Part shown: positions 12,708 to 25,044 of the stretch, piece after piece
How the letters are laid out: each line of letters opens with the position of its first letter
Position numbering within the stretch: the stretch's first letter is position 1
From: Eledone cirrhosa
Lineage: Eukaryota
DNA: 64,000 nt
Direction: 5' to 3'
Assembly: GCA_964016885.1 (NCBI GenBank)
Contig: OZ024754.1
Coordinates: forward strand, 40,176,001 to 40,240,000
Position numbers and translations under genes: made by a program
The notes under the pieces: model-generated
What the model was told of the DNA's origin: nothing
The model's input: the letters and a program-made list of their open reading frames with translations, nothing else
Database searches by the model: none

Positions 12708-13570
12708 TCATCATCATTTTATGTCTGCTTTTCCCTGCTTTCAAGGGTGGGATGGGTCCTATTCAGCACATCATCTCTCCACTTGTCACGGTCCTTCGTC
12801 ATCTCCTCTGTGAGCTTCAGCAATCTGAGGTCAGCTCTCACCACCTCCGCCCATGTTTTTCGTGGTCTTACTCTACTGCGTCTTCCTTCCACTGGGATTA
12901 CTTGGCCATCCATTACTTCTTCACCCAGCAGTCATCCTCCATGTGCAACACATGTCCATACCAACGCAATCTTCTCTCCTGCGCACTACAACTTATCCCT
13001 CTTATACACGGTTTCTCTCTCAACTCGTCTATGCTTGGTCGTTCACGCACATTGACATTGCACATCCATCGGAGCATACTTGCTTCATTTCTCTCTAGCC
13101 ATCCCATATCCTCTGCATTTGCTGCCCATGTCTCACTACCATGCAGCATTGCACATCTCACACAGGCATCATATAACCGACCTTTCATTCGTATGGAGAA
13201 ACCCTTCTTTATCAACAGAGGAAGCAGCTGCCTAAACTTCTTCCATCCTGTCCTTATTCTAGATGCTATGGCCTCGGAGCATCCTCTTCCCTTGCTAGTC
13301 TGATCACCTAGATATCGGAAGCTATCAACCACCTCTGTAGATCCTATCTGCATTTGAAAAATGTGTCTATCACTGACATTTCTACTATCAATTTTCCCAG
13401 AACATCTACTACATACAATGTTTTCCTTACCTGTTAGTTTACCTGCTATCCCACTACATCTCTTGTGCACCCAAGATTTGCATTGTGTACATTCTATAGA
13501 GTTTATGCCAACTCCATTCCTACATATCGAGCATGGCCATATCCTTGATGGAATCAGTCTTGACCTCTTT
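12708..13570 (-). mobile_element. 5'-truncated RTE-clade LINE (decayed RT C-terminus)
   Basis: FRYLG, LHGSETWA, RRLRWYGHV and RPRKTW motifs; (GAT)n tail. Confidence 0.9.
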
Positions 13571-13954
13571 CATACTTATCAATACTTTAGATGTACAACA
13601 TTTAACTTATACAATACATAACAAAAATTGCCAGCAAGATCTGGAGACAAAGGCTCACACAAAGAGGTTTCACTATTTTGTCCGACTCTTTGACCTTAGA
13701 TGGACAAGCACTACTGTCGGTAGGACCCAAAACTGTGTCCATCCATTTCCATGGCTGATGACCATACAGTTTTTTTATTATTCTTTTTATTGCCACTTGT
13801 GATGCACACATTTTTTCTCTTTTTTTTTATGCTAACCCTTTAACATTTAAACCGGCCATATCCGGCCAGAATTCTCTCATCTCTTTCTGTTCAAACTGGC
13901 CGTAACTGGCCTCTCATACTTATGTTAAGGTATTGTTCTCAAAATAAATAAGAT

Positions 13955-15372
13955 TCGATATTATGTGAGGTAAAGCCTTTGCCATGAAAATACAATAGTA
14001 TATATAGAGTAATGTAAATGTTATGTGAGATATTATGTGAGGTAAAGCCTTTGCCATGAAAATACAATAGTATATATAAAGTAATGTAAATGTTATGTGA
14101 TATATTATGTGAAGTAAAGACTTTACTGTGAAAATACAATAGTATATATATAGAGTAATGTAAATATTAAGTGAAATAATTATGTGAGGTAAAGCCTTTA
14201 CTGTGAAAATATAATAGTATATATATAGAGTAATGTAAATGTTATGTGAGATATTATGCGAGGTAAAGACTTTACTGTGAAAATACAATAGTAAATATAG
14301 AGTAATGTAAATGTTATGTGAGATATTATGTGAGGTAAAGCCTTTACTGTGACAATACAATAGTATATATAGAGTAATGTAAATGTTATGTGAGATATTA
14401 TGCGAGGTAAAGACTTTACTGTGAAAATACAATAGTAAATATAGAGTAATGTAAATGTTATGTGAGATATTATGTGAGATAAAGACTTTACTGTGAAAAT
14501 ACAATAGTATATATAGAGTAATGTAAATGTTATGTGAGATATTATGCGAGGTAAAGACTTTACTGTGAAAATACAATAGTAAATATAGAGTAATGTAAAT
14601 GTTATGTGAGATATTATGTGAGATAAAGACTTTACTGTGAAAATACAATAGTATATATAGAGTAATGTAAATGTTATGTGAGATATTATGTGAGGTAAAG
14701 CCTTTACTGTGAAAATACAATAGTATATATAGAGTAATGTAAATGTTATGTGAGATATTATGTGAGATAAAGACTTTACTGTGAAAATACAATAGTATAT
14801 ATAGAGTAATGTAAATGTTATGTGAGATATTATGTGAGATAAAGACTTTACTGTGAAAATACAATAGTATATATAGAGTAATGTAAATGTTATGTGAGAT
14901 ATTATGTGAGATAAAGACTTTACTGTGAAAATACAATAGTATATATAGAGTAATGTAAATGTTATGTGAGATATTATGTGAGGTAAAGCCTTTACTGTGA
15001 AAATACAATAGTATATATAGAGTAATGTAAATGTTATGTGAGATATTATGTGAGATAAAGACTTTACTGTGAAAATACAATAGTAAATATAGAGTAATGT
15101 AAATGTTATGTGAGATATTATGTGAGATAAAGACTTTACTGTGAAAATACAATAGTAAATATAGAGTAATGTAAATGTTATGTGAGATATTATGTGAGAT
15201 AAAGACTTTACTGTGAAAATACAATAGTATATATAGAGTAATGTAAATGTTATGTGAGATATTATGCGAGGTAAAGACTTTACTGTGAAAATACAATAGT
15301 AAATATAGAGTAATGTAAATGTTATGTGAGATATTATGCGAGGTAAAGACTTTACTGTGAAAATACAATAGT
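13955..15372. repeat. 75-bp minisatellite, about 19 copies
   Basis: 25-aa periodicity in the 492-aa ORF; unit matches the internal MITE sequence. Confidence 0.93.
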
Positions 15373-16659
15373 ATCATCATCATCATCATCATCATCAACG
15401 TTTAACGTCCGTGTTCCACGCTTGCATGGGTTTGGACGGGGGTAGTCCCACTTGAGGCAAGAGTGATTGTCTTGCTCGCATAGGACTGTCTGGCAGGTTT
15501 TCTACAGTTGGATGCCCTTCCTAACACCAACCACATTTACAGTGTGGGTCTGGGAGGTTTTTACCGTGTTACCTACACGGCCACATTACAGCGTGGACTG
15601 TGTGTTTTTTTGTCGTGACACCTACACGATCTCATTTGTTTCGGCTTATGGCGTGGCACCAACATAACTTTACATAGAACGGGGTGGTGTGGATCGGGTG
15701 GGGGTGGGGGTGGTGGGACGGGGTGTATTTTGTTAGAGATGCCTACTGGTTGGAGTAGGTTTTACTATATATTTAGGTAAGGCGGGTCTTCTCTGTTACT
15801 GAGTACCGCCAAAGGTCTCAGTCCAGTGACATTGTCTTGGAGAGGTGTAAGTGTGTGATGTCGGAGTTTATCAGCTCGTCCCAGGTTTTTCTAGGTCTGC
15901 CTATTCCGTGACTACCGTCTATCTTTATTGCCCTGCACTTTGTTATACAGCTATCGACTTTCATGCGCATCACGTGTCCATACCAACGTAGCCTTCTCTC
16001 GAGTAAACAACATCTGATCCCTCTTATCTGTAATTTTTTCCTTAGTTCGTTTATGCTTTGCCGTTCACGTATATTACTGTTACACATCCAGCGGAGCATG
16101 CAAGCTTCGTTCCTCTCTAGTCTGCGTATATCCTCTGCACACAATGCCCAGGTCTCACTGCCATGCAGCATTGCTGTTCGTATGCAGGCATCGTACGACC
16201 TGCCTTTCATTTTTAGGGAGAACCCTTTAGCAGCTAATAGTGGTATAAGCTCTCTGAACTTTTTCCAACCAGTTCTGACTCTAGCTACAGTACTTTCAGA
16301 GCACCCTCCACCACTGCTGATTTTATCGCCCAGGTAACGGAAGCTGTCCACTATTTCTATAGAACCCTCTGTGCAATTGAAAGAGCTAGTATTTTGTGGG
16401 CACTTGCTGCTACTTATTGCACCAGAACACCGGCCACATGTAAAATCTATGTTCTTAGTTAGCTTACCTGTGATCCCACTACATCTTTTATGCACCCATA
16501 CTTTGCATTTAGGACATAAAATGGAGTTTCTACCTACGCCTTTCCTACACACCGAGCACGACCATTTCCCAGAAGGGACCGCCGCCTTGTTTTCTTTCCT
16601 ACAAACTAGAACTTTGGTCTTAGCCAGGTTAATTTTAAGTCCTTTTGACTCTAGGCCGT
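15373..16659 (-). mobile_element. 5'-truncated RTE-clade LINE with relatively intact RT C-terminal ORF (15818-16552)
   Basis: CxxC..WVHKRCSG, FRYLG, LHGSETW, RRLRWYGHV, GRPRKTW; 3' UTR ending in (GAT)n. Confidence 0.92.
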
Positions 16660-17537
16660 GTATATAGAGTAATGTAAATGTTATGTGAGATATTATGCGA
16701 GGTAAAGACTTTACTGTGAAAATACAATAGTATATATAGAGTAATGTAAATGTTATGTGAGATATTATGCGAGGTAAAGCCTTTACTGTGACAATACAAT
16801 AGTATATATAGAGTAATGTAAATGTTATGTGAGATATTATGTGAGATAAAGACTTTACTGTGAAAATACAATAGTAAATATAGAGTAATACATTTCAATT
16901 TTTTGGGGTGTTCTCTGTATTAGGCGAGTGGCTGAGTAGTTAGAGAATTGGATTCACAACTGTCTATTATTTTGATAATAATCACTAAGCTGTTTGGAAC
17001 ATAACTTAACATGTTCTCACTTAATACTATAATTGTTTCTACTATTGGCACAACGCCAGCAATTACCCAGTACATTACTGGTACTTTATTTTATCAACCC
17101 CGTAAGGATGAAAGGCAAAGTTAACCTCGGCGGGATTTTAACTCAGAATGGTAAGAGCCATAACTCTATGCGTCAAAGCATGGCGTCCGACGCTCTACCG
17201 ATACTGCCAATCCACAACCTTAATACTATACTAAACTTATATATGAACACTTTAAAATAAATGGCTTCGTATCAGAGAAACAGGGCAGTTTGGGGGTTGT
17301 TTGGCATCCAATGAGTTAATACTGTGAAGTCTCAGTGTATCTCGTTGTGGAGAGAAAAATTAATCTTTTAAGAAATCCTCTAAATAAAGGGTCAATACAT
17401 TGCATGACAAGTGCAAATAGTCAGAGAATGCCAGGTGCATTCCATAATGGACAAATGTATCCCATAGTAACAGGTGCATTCCTTAGTAACAGGTGGATTC
17501 CTTAGTAACGGGTGTATCCCATAGTAACAGATGTATC

Positions 17538-18243
17538 CTTTCGTTACCATATTTCTAATGAAAGACACTGTCTATGTCATTAACCCTTTCGTTACCATAT
17601 TTCTAATGAAAGACACTGTCTATGTCATTAACCCTTTCGTTACCATATTTCTAATGAAAGACACTGTCTATGTCATTAACCCTTTCGTTATCATATTTCT
17701 AATGAAAGACACTGTCTATGTCATTAACCTTTTCATTACCATATTTCTAATGAAAGACACTGTCTATGTCATTAACCCTTTCATTACCATATTTCTAATG
17801 AAAGACACTGTCTATATCATTAACCTTTTCATTACCATATTTCTAATGAAAGACACTGTCTATGTAATTAACCCTTTCGTTACCATATTTCTAATGAAAG
17901 ACACTGTCTATGTCATTAACCTTTTCATTACCATATTTCTAATGAAAGACACTGTCTATGTAATTAACCCTTTCATTACCATATTTCTAATGAAAGACAC
18001 TGTCTATGTCATTAACCTTTTCGTTACCATATTTCTAATGAAAGACACTGTCTATGTCATTAACCCTTTCGTTATCATATTTCTAATGTAAGACACTATC
18101 TATGTCATTAACCTTTTCGTTACCATATTTCTAATGAAAGACACTGTCTATGTCATTAACCCTTTCGTTATCATATTTCTAATGTAACACACTATCTATG
18201 TCATTAACCTTTTCATTACCATATTTCTAATGAAAGACACTGC
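17538..18243. repeat. 48-bp minisatellite, about 15 copies, beginning with a piggyBac-like end (TTAACCCTTTCGTTACC)
   Basis: 16-aa periodicity in ORF 17531-18091. Confidence 0.92.
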
Positions 18244-19491
18244 CTGTCATTTTCAAATCATCTTGAAAATATCAAGCCAATATCTTTATCAAGCTGATAT
18301 TTGGAACATAACCTAATAAATGTTTTTCCATAAAAATATGATTAAATATAAACACTTTTGGATAAATATAAACACTTTAAAATAAATTGCATTGTATCGT
18401 TAAAAAGCAAGGGTGGTTTTATGTTGTTTAGTATCAAAGTAGTTAAAGGCTATCCCATCCTAAATGACATTTCAAAGTTTTACTATTTTCATTGACAACT
18501 TGTCAGTGGTTTTATTGCATCACCGGAAATAGTCTCCTATATACTGTCAGAAAATGATGCCATGTTGACAAAAGGAATGTTAACGTCCAATAACATATCA
18601 CCAGCAACAAGCAGTTTATTTTTGGTCGTTTGTTCACGATCCAATGACATCTTTTCCTCCATAAACTGAGTAACATTCAACACTAGATTTAACATCAAAA
18701 CATTTCTTATGTTTTACACAAGTTTTGTATTTCATTAGTATGGTTGTATGCAGATAGGCTGAAGGAGTAATACTAGAGCTGTGAAATCTTGCATGCATTA
18801 GTTTCAACTCTTCTTATTAATAACTGCAATGTTTCTTTCTAGGGACTATGTTGAAAAATAAACCTCATTTGGTCATTCCATGAGAGTCAGCCTATAAACA
18901 GGTGACCCTTCTATTTCTATTTCTCCACATGACATTGCTCTATTTACAGTCGGTAGCTTCTTCGTCGTGTTTTATCTCGGGACATTTTTATAGCAAACCA
19001 CCAAAAACTGCTCTTGTTTCGATGGTACAAAACTTAGTGTTTTATGGAGTTTATATTCATCTAAAACCTTCCAACACTGTTTTATGCAAGGATCTTTAAA
19101 TTATGTTCTAAACACCCAACTTAACCCTTTAGCATTCACATTACTCTATATATACTTTTGTATTTTCATGGTAAATGCTTTACCGCACATAATTATCTCA
19201 CATAATATCGAATCTATGAGATTTTGAAAGTATTTATTTTGAGAACAATACCTTAACATCAGTTTGAGCGACCAGTTACAGCCAGTTTCAATTCCTAGTA
19301 GGAGCAGGTGAGATTTGAACCCAGAACGCTTAAAGCTGGATCACATACCACAAAGCATACCATCTGACTCTTGAATTGTTCCACCAATCCACCACCCCTG
19401 GGCTTGTATTTTATTTATAGACCCTGAAAGAGTGAAAGGTAAAGCCAATTGGGATATTTCAAAAAATCCTACCTAAAACACCAAAAAATAC

Positions 19492-19872
19492 TTTATAAAT
19501 AGGGAGACACAAAGGAAGCTTTGTTTAGAAACAGCTAGTAAATGTGAAAATTAGGTAGTAGCATGTGCTTACGCTGTATTTGACTAAATAGAATTAGTCT
19601 GTTAGTTGGGATTTAAAAAAACCCTCTGAATAGAGAAAAAGGATGAGTAATGACGTACATGGCACACGAACCCACATCTTTGGTTTGCCGGACCAATGTG
19701 TTACCATTTCACCAACACGCCACTCATGCTTCCTTCTCTTAATGAGAGATAAATCAGCCACTGGATACACATTAATAAATGTGATTAGTAAAATATTCAG
19801 GGTAAGCAGTAGGTATTAATAAAGTGATTTGTCAACAAAATTCCCTCTGACAATGAGACAAGAGGTAAAAAA
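19492..19872 (-). repeat. Dispersed ~380-bp repeat with internal tRNA-like module (copy 1)
   Basis: High similarity to 42090-42472; partial copy at 60380-60460. Confidence 0.8.
19651..19721 (-). pseudogene. tRNA-like cloverleaf (anticodon GGC), probably not a functional tRNA
   Basis: GGCGTGT/GTACGTC acceptor stem, D-loop GG, TTGGT-CCGGCAA-ACCAA anticodon arm, degenerate T-loop TTCGTGT, T5 tract about 10 nt downstream. Confidence 0.55.
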
Positions 19873-20180
19873 TGTTTAAACACAAAAATATTTACTAACA
19901 TATATAACAACAATAACAACAGCATAGAGGTAAGGAATTGTCCACCATTACATATATTTTATTTCAGTCTTTCTGTCTGTCTCCCCCTCTCTCTCTCTCT
20001 GCCTTTCTCTCTCTCTACCTCCCTCTCTCTCTACCTCTTTCTCTCTCTCTCTACCCCTCTCTCTCTACCTCCCTCTCTTCTCTCCTCAACTCTCTTCCTA
20101 TGTAACCTCAGCTGATTTACTTTGAACTCAATTGCTAATCATATCTCAAAAGGAATTTCTATATGATATCAAACTCTTGC

Positions 20181-20188
20181 TGACGTCA
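20181..20188. promoter_or_regulatory. Perfect CRE/ATF site TGACGTCA
   Basis: Exact palindromic consensus about 110 bp upstream of a TATA box of a bZIP gene. Confidence 0.7.
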
Positions 20189-20298
20189 TTACTAAGCGAA
20201 GAGTGGGGTGTAAAGAGGTGTAAAGAGGTGGTATTGTTTGTGATTCTGATATTTCATTCGAAATCGGTCATTTGAAATAACAAAGGTGATTAGTAGAA

Positions 20299-20330
20299 TA
20301 TAAAAGATATTCAGTCTTTAATCATTCATG
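20299..20330 (+). promoter_or_regulatory. TATA box (TATAAAAG, 20299-20306) and Inr-like TCATTC (20322-20327)
   Basis: Consensus motifs followed by a GTAAGG donor at 20369. Confidence 0.6.
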
Positions 20331-20368
20331 CTGTTATTGTTGTCAAATATGGTTCTGAGATCCCATCC
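20324..20368 (+). other. Probable short first (5' UTR) exon of the bZIP gene, containing a uORF start at 20349
   Basis: Lies between TATA and donor CC|GTAAGG; next acceptor TTAG at 21054. Confidence 0.5.
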
Positions 20369-21068
20369 GTAAGGATTAGTTTTCGTGTTGGACAAAATAC
20401 ACGAGGGTTTAACCGACTTTTTCTTCTATCTTTTTCAGTCAAAGGTGTCCTTTATTTTATATTTATACCTATTCATATTTATAAATGATAATCTATATAT
20501 GTTTGTTTATCTATACAATTGTATTTTATTGTTATAGATTGTTTTGTTTTGAAACGTTCATGTTTTTGTTGGTTCTTGTGGTAAATAAAGAAACGAATTA
20601 AAATTCTTTTTCATGTTTTATAAAATACTAAAATTGATCCGTCTATTGTATAACACCCTCGGCCTTTCTCGTCATTTTTATATAACTTTCTCCAACTCCA
20701 CATTAAAGTAAGTAGAGAGGCCCTGGACTAGATAATATTTGGGGGGACCCAGCATTCGCTCACTAATAAATCTAGGCTTCTACCTGGAGTAATATTGAAA
20801 TTCCAGCATTAATCTATGCCAACTTCTAAAACAAATGTGACAGAGAAAGAAATATATATAATAAGAATTGTAATAGCAATGTCCACTACATCCAACTTTC
20901 TCTCTTCTGAGTTTACAAAATCTTGTGTACAAGAAACTAATAGTTTCATAGTTGTCAAAAGTGTACAGATTTATTATATGTTGTAGGTGTTTTTTGTTTG
21001 CTTTTTGGTTTTCTATAAAAATATTCTTTTTAATATTTGTTTTTCTTCCTTTAGACTCTTTTGGTGAC

Positions 21069-21347
21069 ATGACTAACCTTGATTTCTGCGAAGATTTGAA
21101 AAGCTACCCGTTTGTTGAGACACCAGAACCTATGAAAGGTGATGTTTGTCCGCAGAATGAGTCGTATGACGGCCTCTGCGATAGCGAGAAAGATTCTCAA
21201 TTGAACCAAGCCGTAGAAAAGGTGAAGGAAACTGGTGAGATGATCCATATTATAAAACAAGAGCTAAAATGTCAGATATTATACAAGAGATTCCAGCAAG
21301 GAAAGAATGCTGTTGATACAGAAGTTAAAGCTCCCACACAATACGAA
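21069..21347 (+). CDS. ATF3: ATF3/JDP2/Fos-family bZIP transcription factor, coding exon 1
   Basis: Pyrimidine tract+AG at 21054, ATG 21069, 93 codons, donor GTAATT; KQELKCQILYKR resembles the ATF3 KEELRFAIQNK motif. Orthology is not proven. Confidence 0.75.
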
Positions 21348-22703
21348 GTAATTATTATATTTCTTATTTCATTGCCTCTAAGGGTGGTTGATTGGCAGGG
21401 TCAGTAGAGCAACCGATAAAATGTTTTGTGATATTTAGTTAAGACTTTCTACACAATACGAAGTCATCATCATCATCATCATCGTTTAACGTCCATCTTC
21501 CATGTTAGCATGGGTTAGACGGGAATTGTCCCTTTTGAGGTAAGATTGGCCGGGTGACCGTGTCTCGCTCATATAGGATTATCTGGCAGGTTTTCTATGG
21601 CTGGATGCCCTTCCTAACACCAACCACATTTACAGTGTGGACTGGGAACTTTTTACCATGTTACCTACACGGCCACATTACAGCGTGGACTGTAATTATA
21701 ATATTTCTTATTTCATTAACTGTAACAATTGGTAAAGGTGCTGGATTGGCACAGTCAGTAGAGTATCCGATAAAATGTTTTGTGATATTTAGTTAAGACT
21801 TTCTACATTCTGAGTTCAAATACGGATGAGGCCAATTTTGCCATTTATCCTTCTGGGGTCCACAAAATAAAGAACCAGTCATGTATTAAGGTTGATTTAA
21901 TCAATTTTGCACAAGGCCAGCACTTCAAAAGGCCTACTTGGAACGGCAAGGATAACATTCTTTAGGGCAATTATTTCGGTTGAATAACATCAATGATTGA
22001 GACATCAAGTAAAAAAAACGAAACAATTGTTTCTACTTTAGGCACAAGGCCAGCAATTTGAAGGGGAGGGGAAAGTCGATTAAATCGACCCCAGTGCGTT
22101 ACTGGTACTTATTTTATCGACCTTGTAAGGATGAAACACAAAGCTAATCTCGGTGGGATCAGAACGTAAAGAGCCATAACTCTATGCCGTAAAGCATGTT
22201 GTCCGACGCTCTACCGATATTGCCATTACCACCTTAAATATTTCTATAGAATAATTGTTTCTACTTTTGGCACAAGGCCAGCAATTACTCCAGTGTATTA
22301 CTGGTACTTTATTTTATCGACACCCATAAGGAGGACGAAAGGCAAAGTTAACTTCAGTGGGATTTGAACTCAAACCGTCAAAGGCCAGAACTCTATGCTG
22401 CAAAGCATGGCGTCCGACCCTCTACCGACACTGCCAATCCATCAAATAATGGTTTCTTATTTAGGCACAAGGCCTGTAATTTGGGGGGAGGGGAAAGTCA
22501 ATTAAATCAACCCCAGTGTATTACTGGTACTTTATTTTATCGACCCCCGTAAGGATGAAAGGCAAAGTTAACCTCGGTGGGATTTGAACTCAGAACATAA
22601 AGGGCCGTAACTCTATGCTGCAAAGCATGGTGTCTAACCCTCTACCAATACTGCCAATCCACGTTGTTTTTCTGTAAATATATTTCTATTGTTTGTATTG
22701 TAG

Positions 22704-22811
22704 CTTCGACCAGAGGAACAGACTCGAATTCATAGGAGAAGAGAACAAAACAGGAAAGCTGCACAGAGATGTCGGCAAAGAAAGAAGAATAAAATGGAAC
22801 AATTAGAAGAT
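22704..22811 (+). CDS. ATF3: ATF3-like bZIP, basic-region exon
   Basis: 108-bp phase-0 exon (TAG|..|GTAAGC) encoding LRPEEQTRIHRRREQNRKAAQRCRQRKKNKMEQLED, matching the 36-aa basic-region exon of Fos/ATF3 genes. Confidence 0.9.
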
Positions 22812-22959
22812 GTAAGCTTATTTAGCCATGTTGTTTTTGTTGTTATTAACCCTTTCATCTGAAGACTGTCACCCTACTATTCCTACCTTAATATGTCGTC
22901 TGCCTTGAGGTCCCTGCCGACAAGATGGAGAGGACATTACCCCAGAGGACAGTGAGTGA

Positions 22960-23245
22960 GATGTCCTGAAACAGCCACTCCACTTCGCAGACCTGCGAGC
23001 AACCAAGTCCGCTCTGATAGCAGTGAGCAAGGAGGTTGTCCGGGGGTCAAGAATGTCGGAAGTCTCCACTGCCACTGGCTATCACATGAGCAAGGAGGTT
23101 GTCCGGGGGTCAAGAATGTCGGAAGTCTCCACTGCCACTGGCTATCACATGGGCAAGGAGGTTGTCTGGGGGTCAAGATTGTCGGAAGTCTCCACTGCCA
23201 CTGGCTATCACATGGGCAAGGATGTTGTCCAGGGGTCAAGAATCC
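22960..23245 (-). mobile_element. CRE-like non-LTR fragment with 63-bp tandem triplication (23025-23245)
   Basis: PVAVETSDILDPRTTSLL resembles the restriction-like endonuclease C-terminus also seen at 45480-45720. Confidence 0.6.
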
Positions 23246-23537
23246 CGGAAGATTTTTTTTTTTAGATGGCCGATGACCCTTATGAGTTCTTCAGGTTTTG
23301 TTTTTTGTCCTGCAGAGTGTCCAAAATCACTCTCCTCACCAAGTAAACTTGGTTGGGTTGCCAGTTTAGTCACCAGAATTGAGAAAGAGATATAGAGGAA
23401 GAATTAACCCCAGTACAAGACTGGTACTTTTTTTTTATCGATAATGATTTATTCATTGCTTGAATTATTTATTAATTAATTAATTTATTTATTTGTTTAT
23501 TTGCTTATTTATTAATCTATTTGTTTATTTGTTTCAG

Positions 23538-23684
23538 AATCAGAAATATATGTTGAGAGAGAAGGACAACAACGAAAGGTTAATCAGTCAGTTACAAAGG
23601 GAGAACACTCAACTACATTTTTTACTACAGACTTACACATCGAGAAACTCCTCGTCAAACTGGGGAGAGAACATGCCGTACTAA
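23538..23684 (+). CDS. ATF3: ATF3-like bZIP, leucine-zipper terminal exon
   Basis: TTTCAG acceptor, in frame: NQKYMLREKDNNERLISQLQRENTQLHFLLQTY..MPY*; AATAAA signals downstream near 23908-23940. Confidence 0.85.
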   Translation, partial: NQKYMLREKDNNERLISQLQRENTQLHFLLQTYTSRNSSSNWGENMPY

Positions 23685-24121
23685 TATATATAACAAACCT
23701 ACCTCTCTGGAAGGTTTGAGAACTGTACACAGTGATTCTGATTGGTTGACTCTATCAACATGGAAGCAATGATCTCAATATATAATATTTATAAGTAAAA
23801 AATTACTAGTCATTAAAAAAAAGAAAAATAACAGCTCCTTTTTAATAACTGGTATCGTTGTTTGATGCTAAAATAGATAATAATTAATTAAAAAATGGAG
23901 AACGAGCAATAAAAACAAAACAAAATTAATAAAAAATAAAAAATTGAACAAAAAAAACAACAAACAAACAATAAATTAATTAATTATTAATAAGAAAAAA
24001 CTTACAAAATAATAGCAACAAAAATGGAAAATATGGGAATTTCACTTTTTTTTTTTTTTTAAAACGAAAATAATAATAATAATAATAATAATATGCTTTA
24101 TATGCTACTACACTTCTTGTG

Positions 24122-24155
<34 letters not shown>

Positions 24156-24186
24156 TATAATATATTATATTATATATATATATGAT

Positions 24187-24220
<34 letters not shown>

Positions 24221-24332
24221 CATATATATATAATATATATTATATATATAATATATATTATATATATATATAATATATATAATATGTATAATATATATTA
24301 TATATATATAATATATATATATATATAATATG

Positions 24333-24364
<32 letters not shown>

Positions 24365-24522
24365 AGATATAACGTACAAGTTATATATTTCTTTCTGTAA
24401 AATAATGTACTTTTACTTCTAACAACACACCTGATCTAGGTAATCACTTACCTTCTCTTGTTCCAAGGTATACGAAATATAACAGCAGGCAGGTGATAGG
24501 AAAAAACAACAACAAAAGGAGA

Positions 24523-24562
<40 letters not shown>

Positions 24563-24584
24563 GTGATAATAACAATAATGATAA

Positions 24585-25015
24585 TACTAATTCTCTGGGA
24601 TATGCCAATACATACAGAGAGATCAAGGCCAACTGACCAGATATTATAATCGAAGACCACAAAGAAGAAAAAAATGCCTTCTAATAGATGTATCTATCAC
24701 CACAGGCGACAATATATCTTCCAAGGAAATAGAGGAACTCTCCAAATATCAAGATCTAGAGATAGAAATAACTCGAATGTGGAAAATGAAAACAGCAACA
24801 ATTCCTATAATAATAGGTGCTCTGGGAATGATTAAAAAAAAACACACAGACAACTACGTAGTCAAATCGCCAGGACTTACAAATATATACAGCATCCAAA
24901 AGATATCACTACTGGGCACTGCACACATATTATGAAAAGTACAATAGAAACATCAGCAGAAACTACACTGCTCATACCCAAGGTGCACAGAGCTGCACTC
25001 AATAATGCAGTGACA
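24585..25015 (+). mobile_element. R4/Dong-like non-LTR 3' fragment (restriction-like endonuclease)
   Basis: ILWDMPI..PDIII..CLLIDV..KYQDL..IPIIIGALG..IQKISLLGTAHIL; flanked by (TAA)n-like repeats. Confidence 0.8.
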
Positions 25016-25044
25016 ATGTGCAATAAAAATAACAATGGAAATAA

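Larger units (their letters stand above)
13834..16890. mobile_element. piggyBac-like MITE whose subterminal segment expanded into a 75-bp tandem array, interrupted by an RTE LINE
   Basis: Starts TAACCCTTTAACATT like intact MITE copies; array 13955-15372 resumes at 16660-16890. Confidence 0.8.

Noticed and set aside
13920-15398. 492-aa ORF with 25-aa repeats
   Set aside because: MITE-derived 75-bp tandem array.
20952-21068. Hydrophobic N-terminal extension of the bZIP ORF in the ORF track
   Set aside because: It is the intron's polypyrimidine tract upstream of the AG at 21053-21054.
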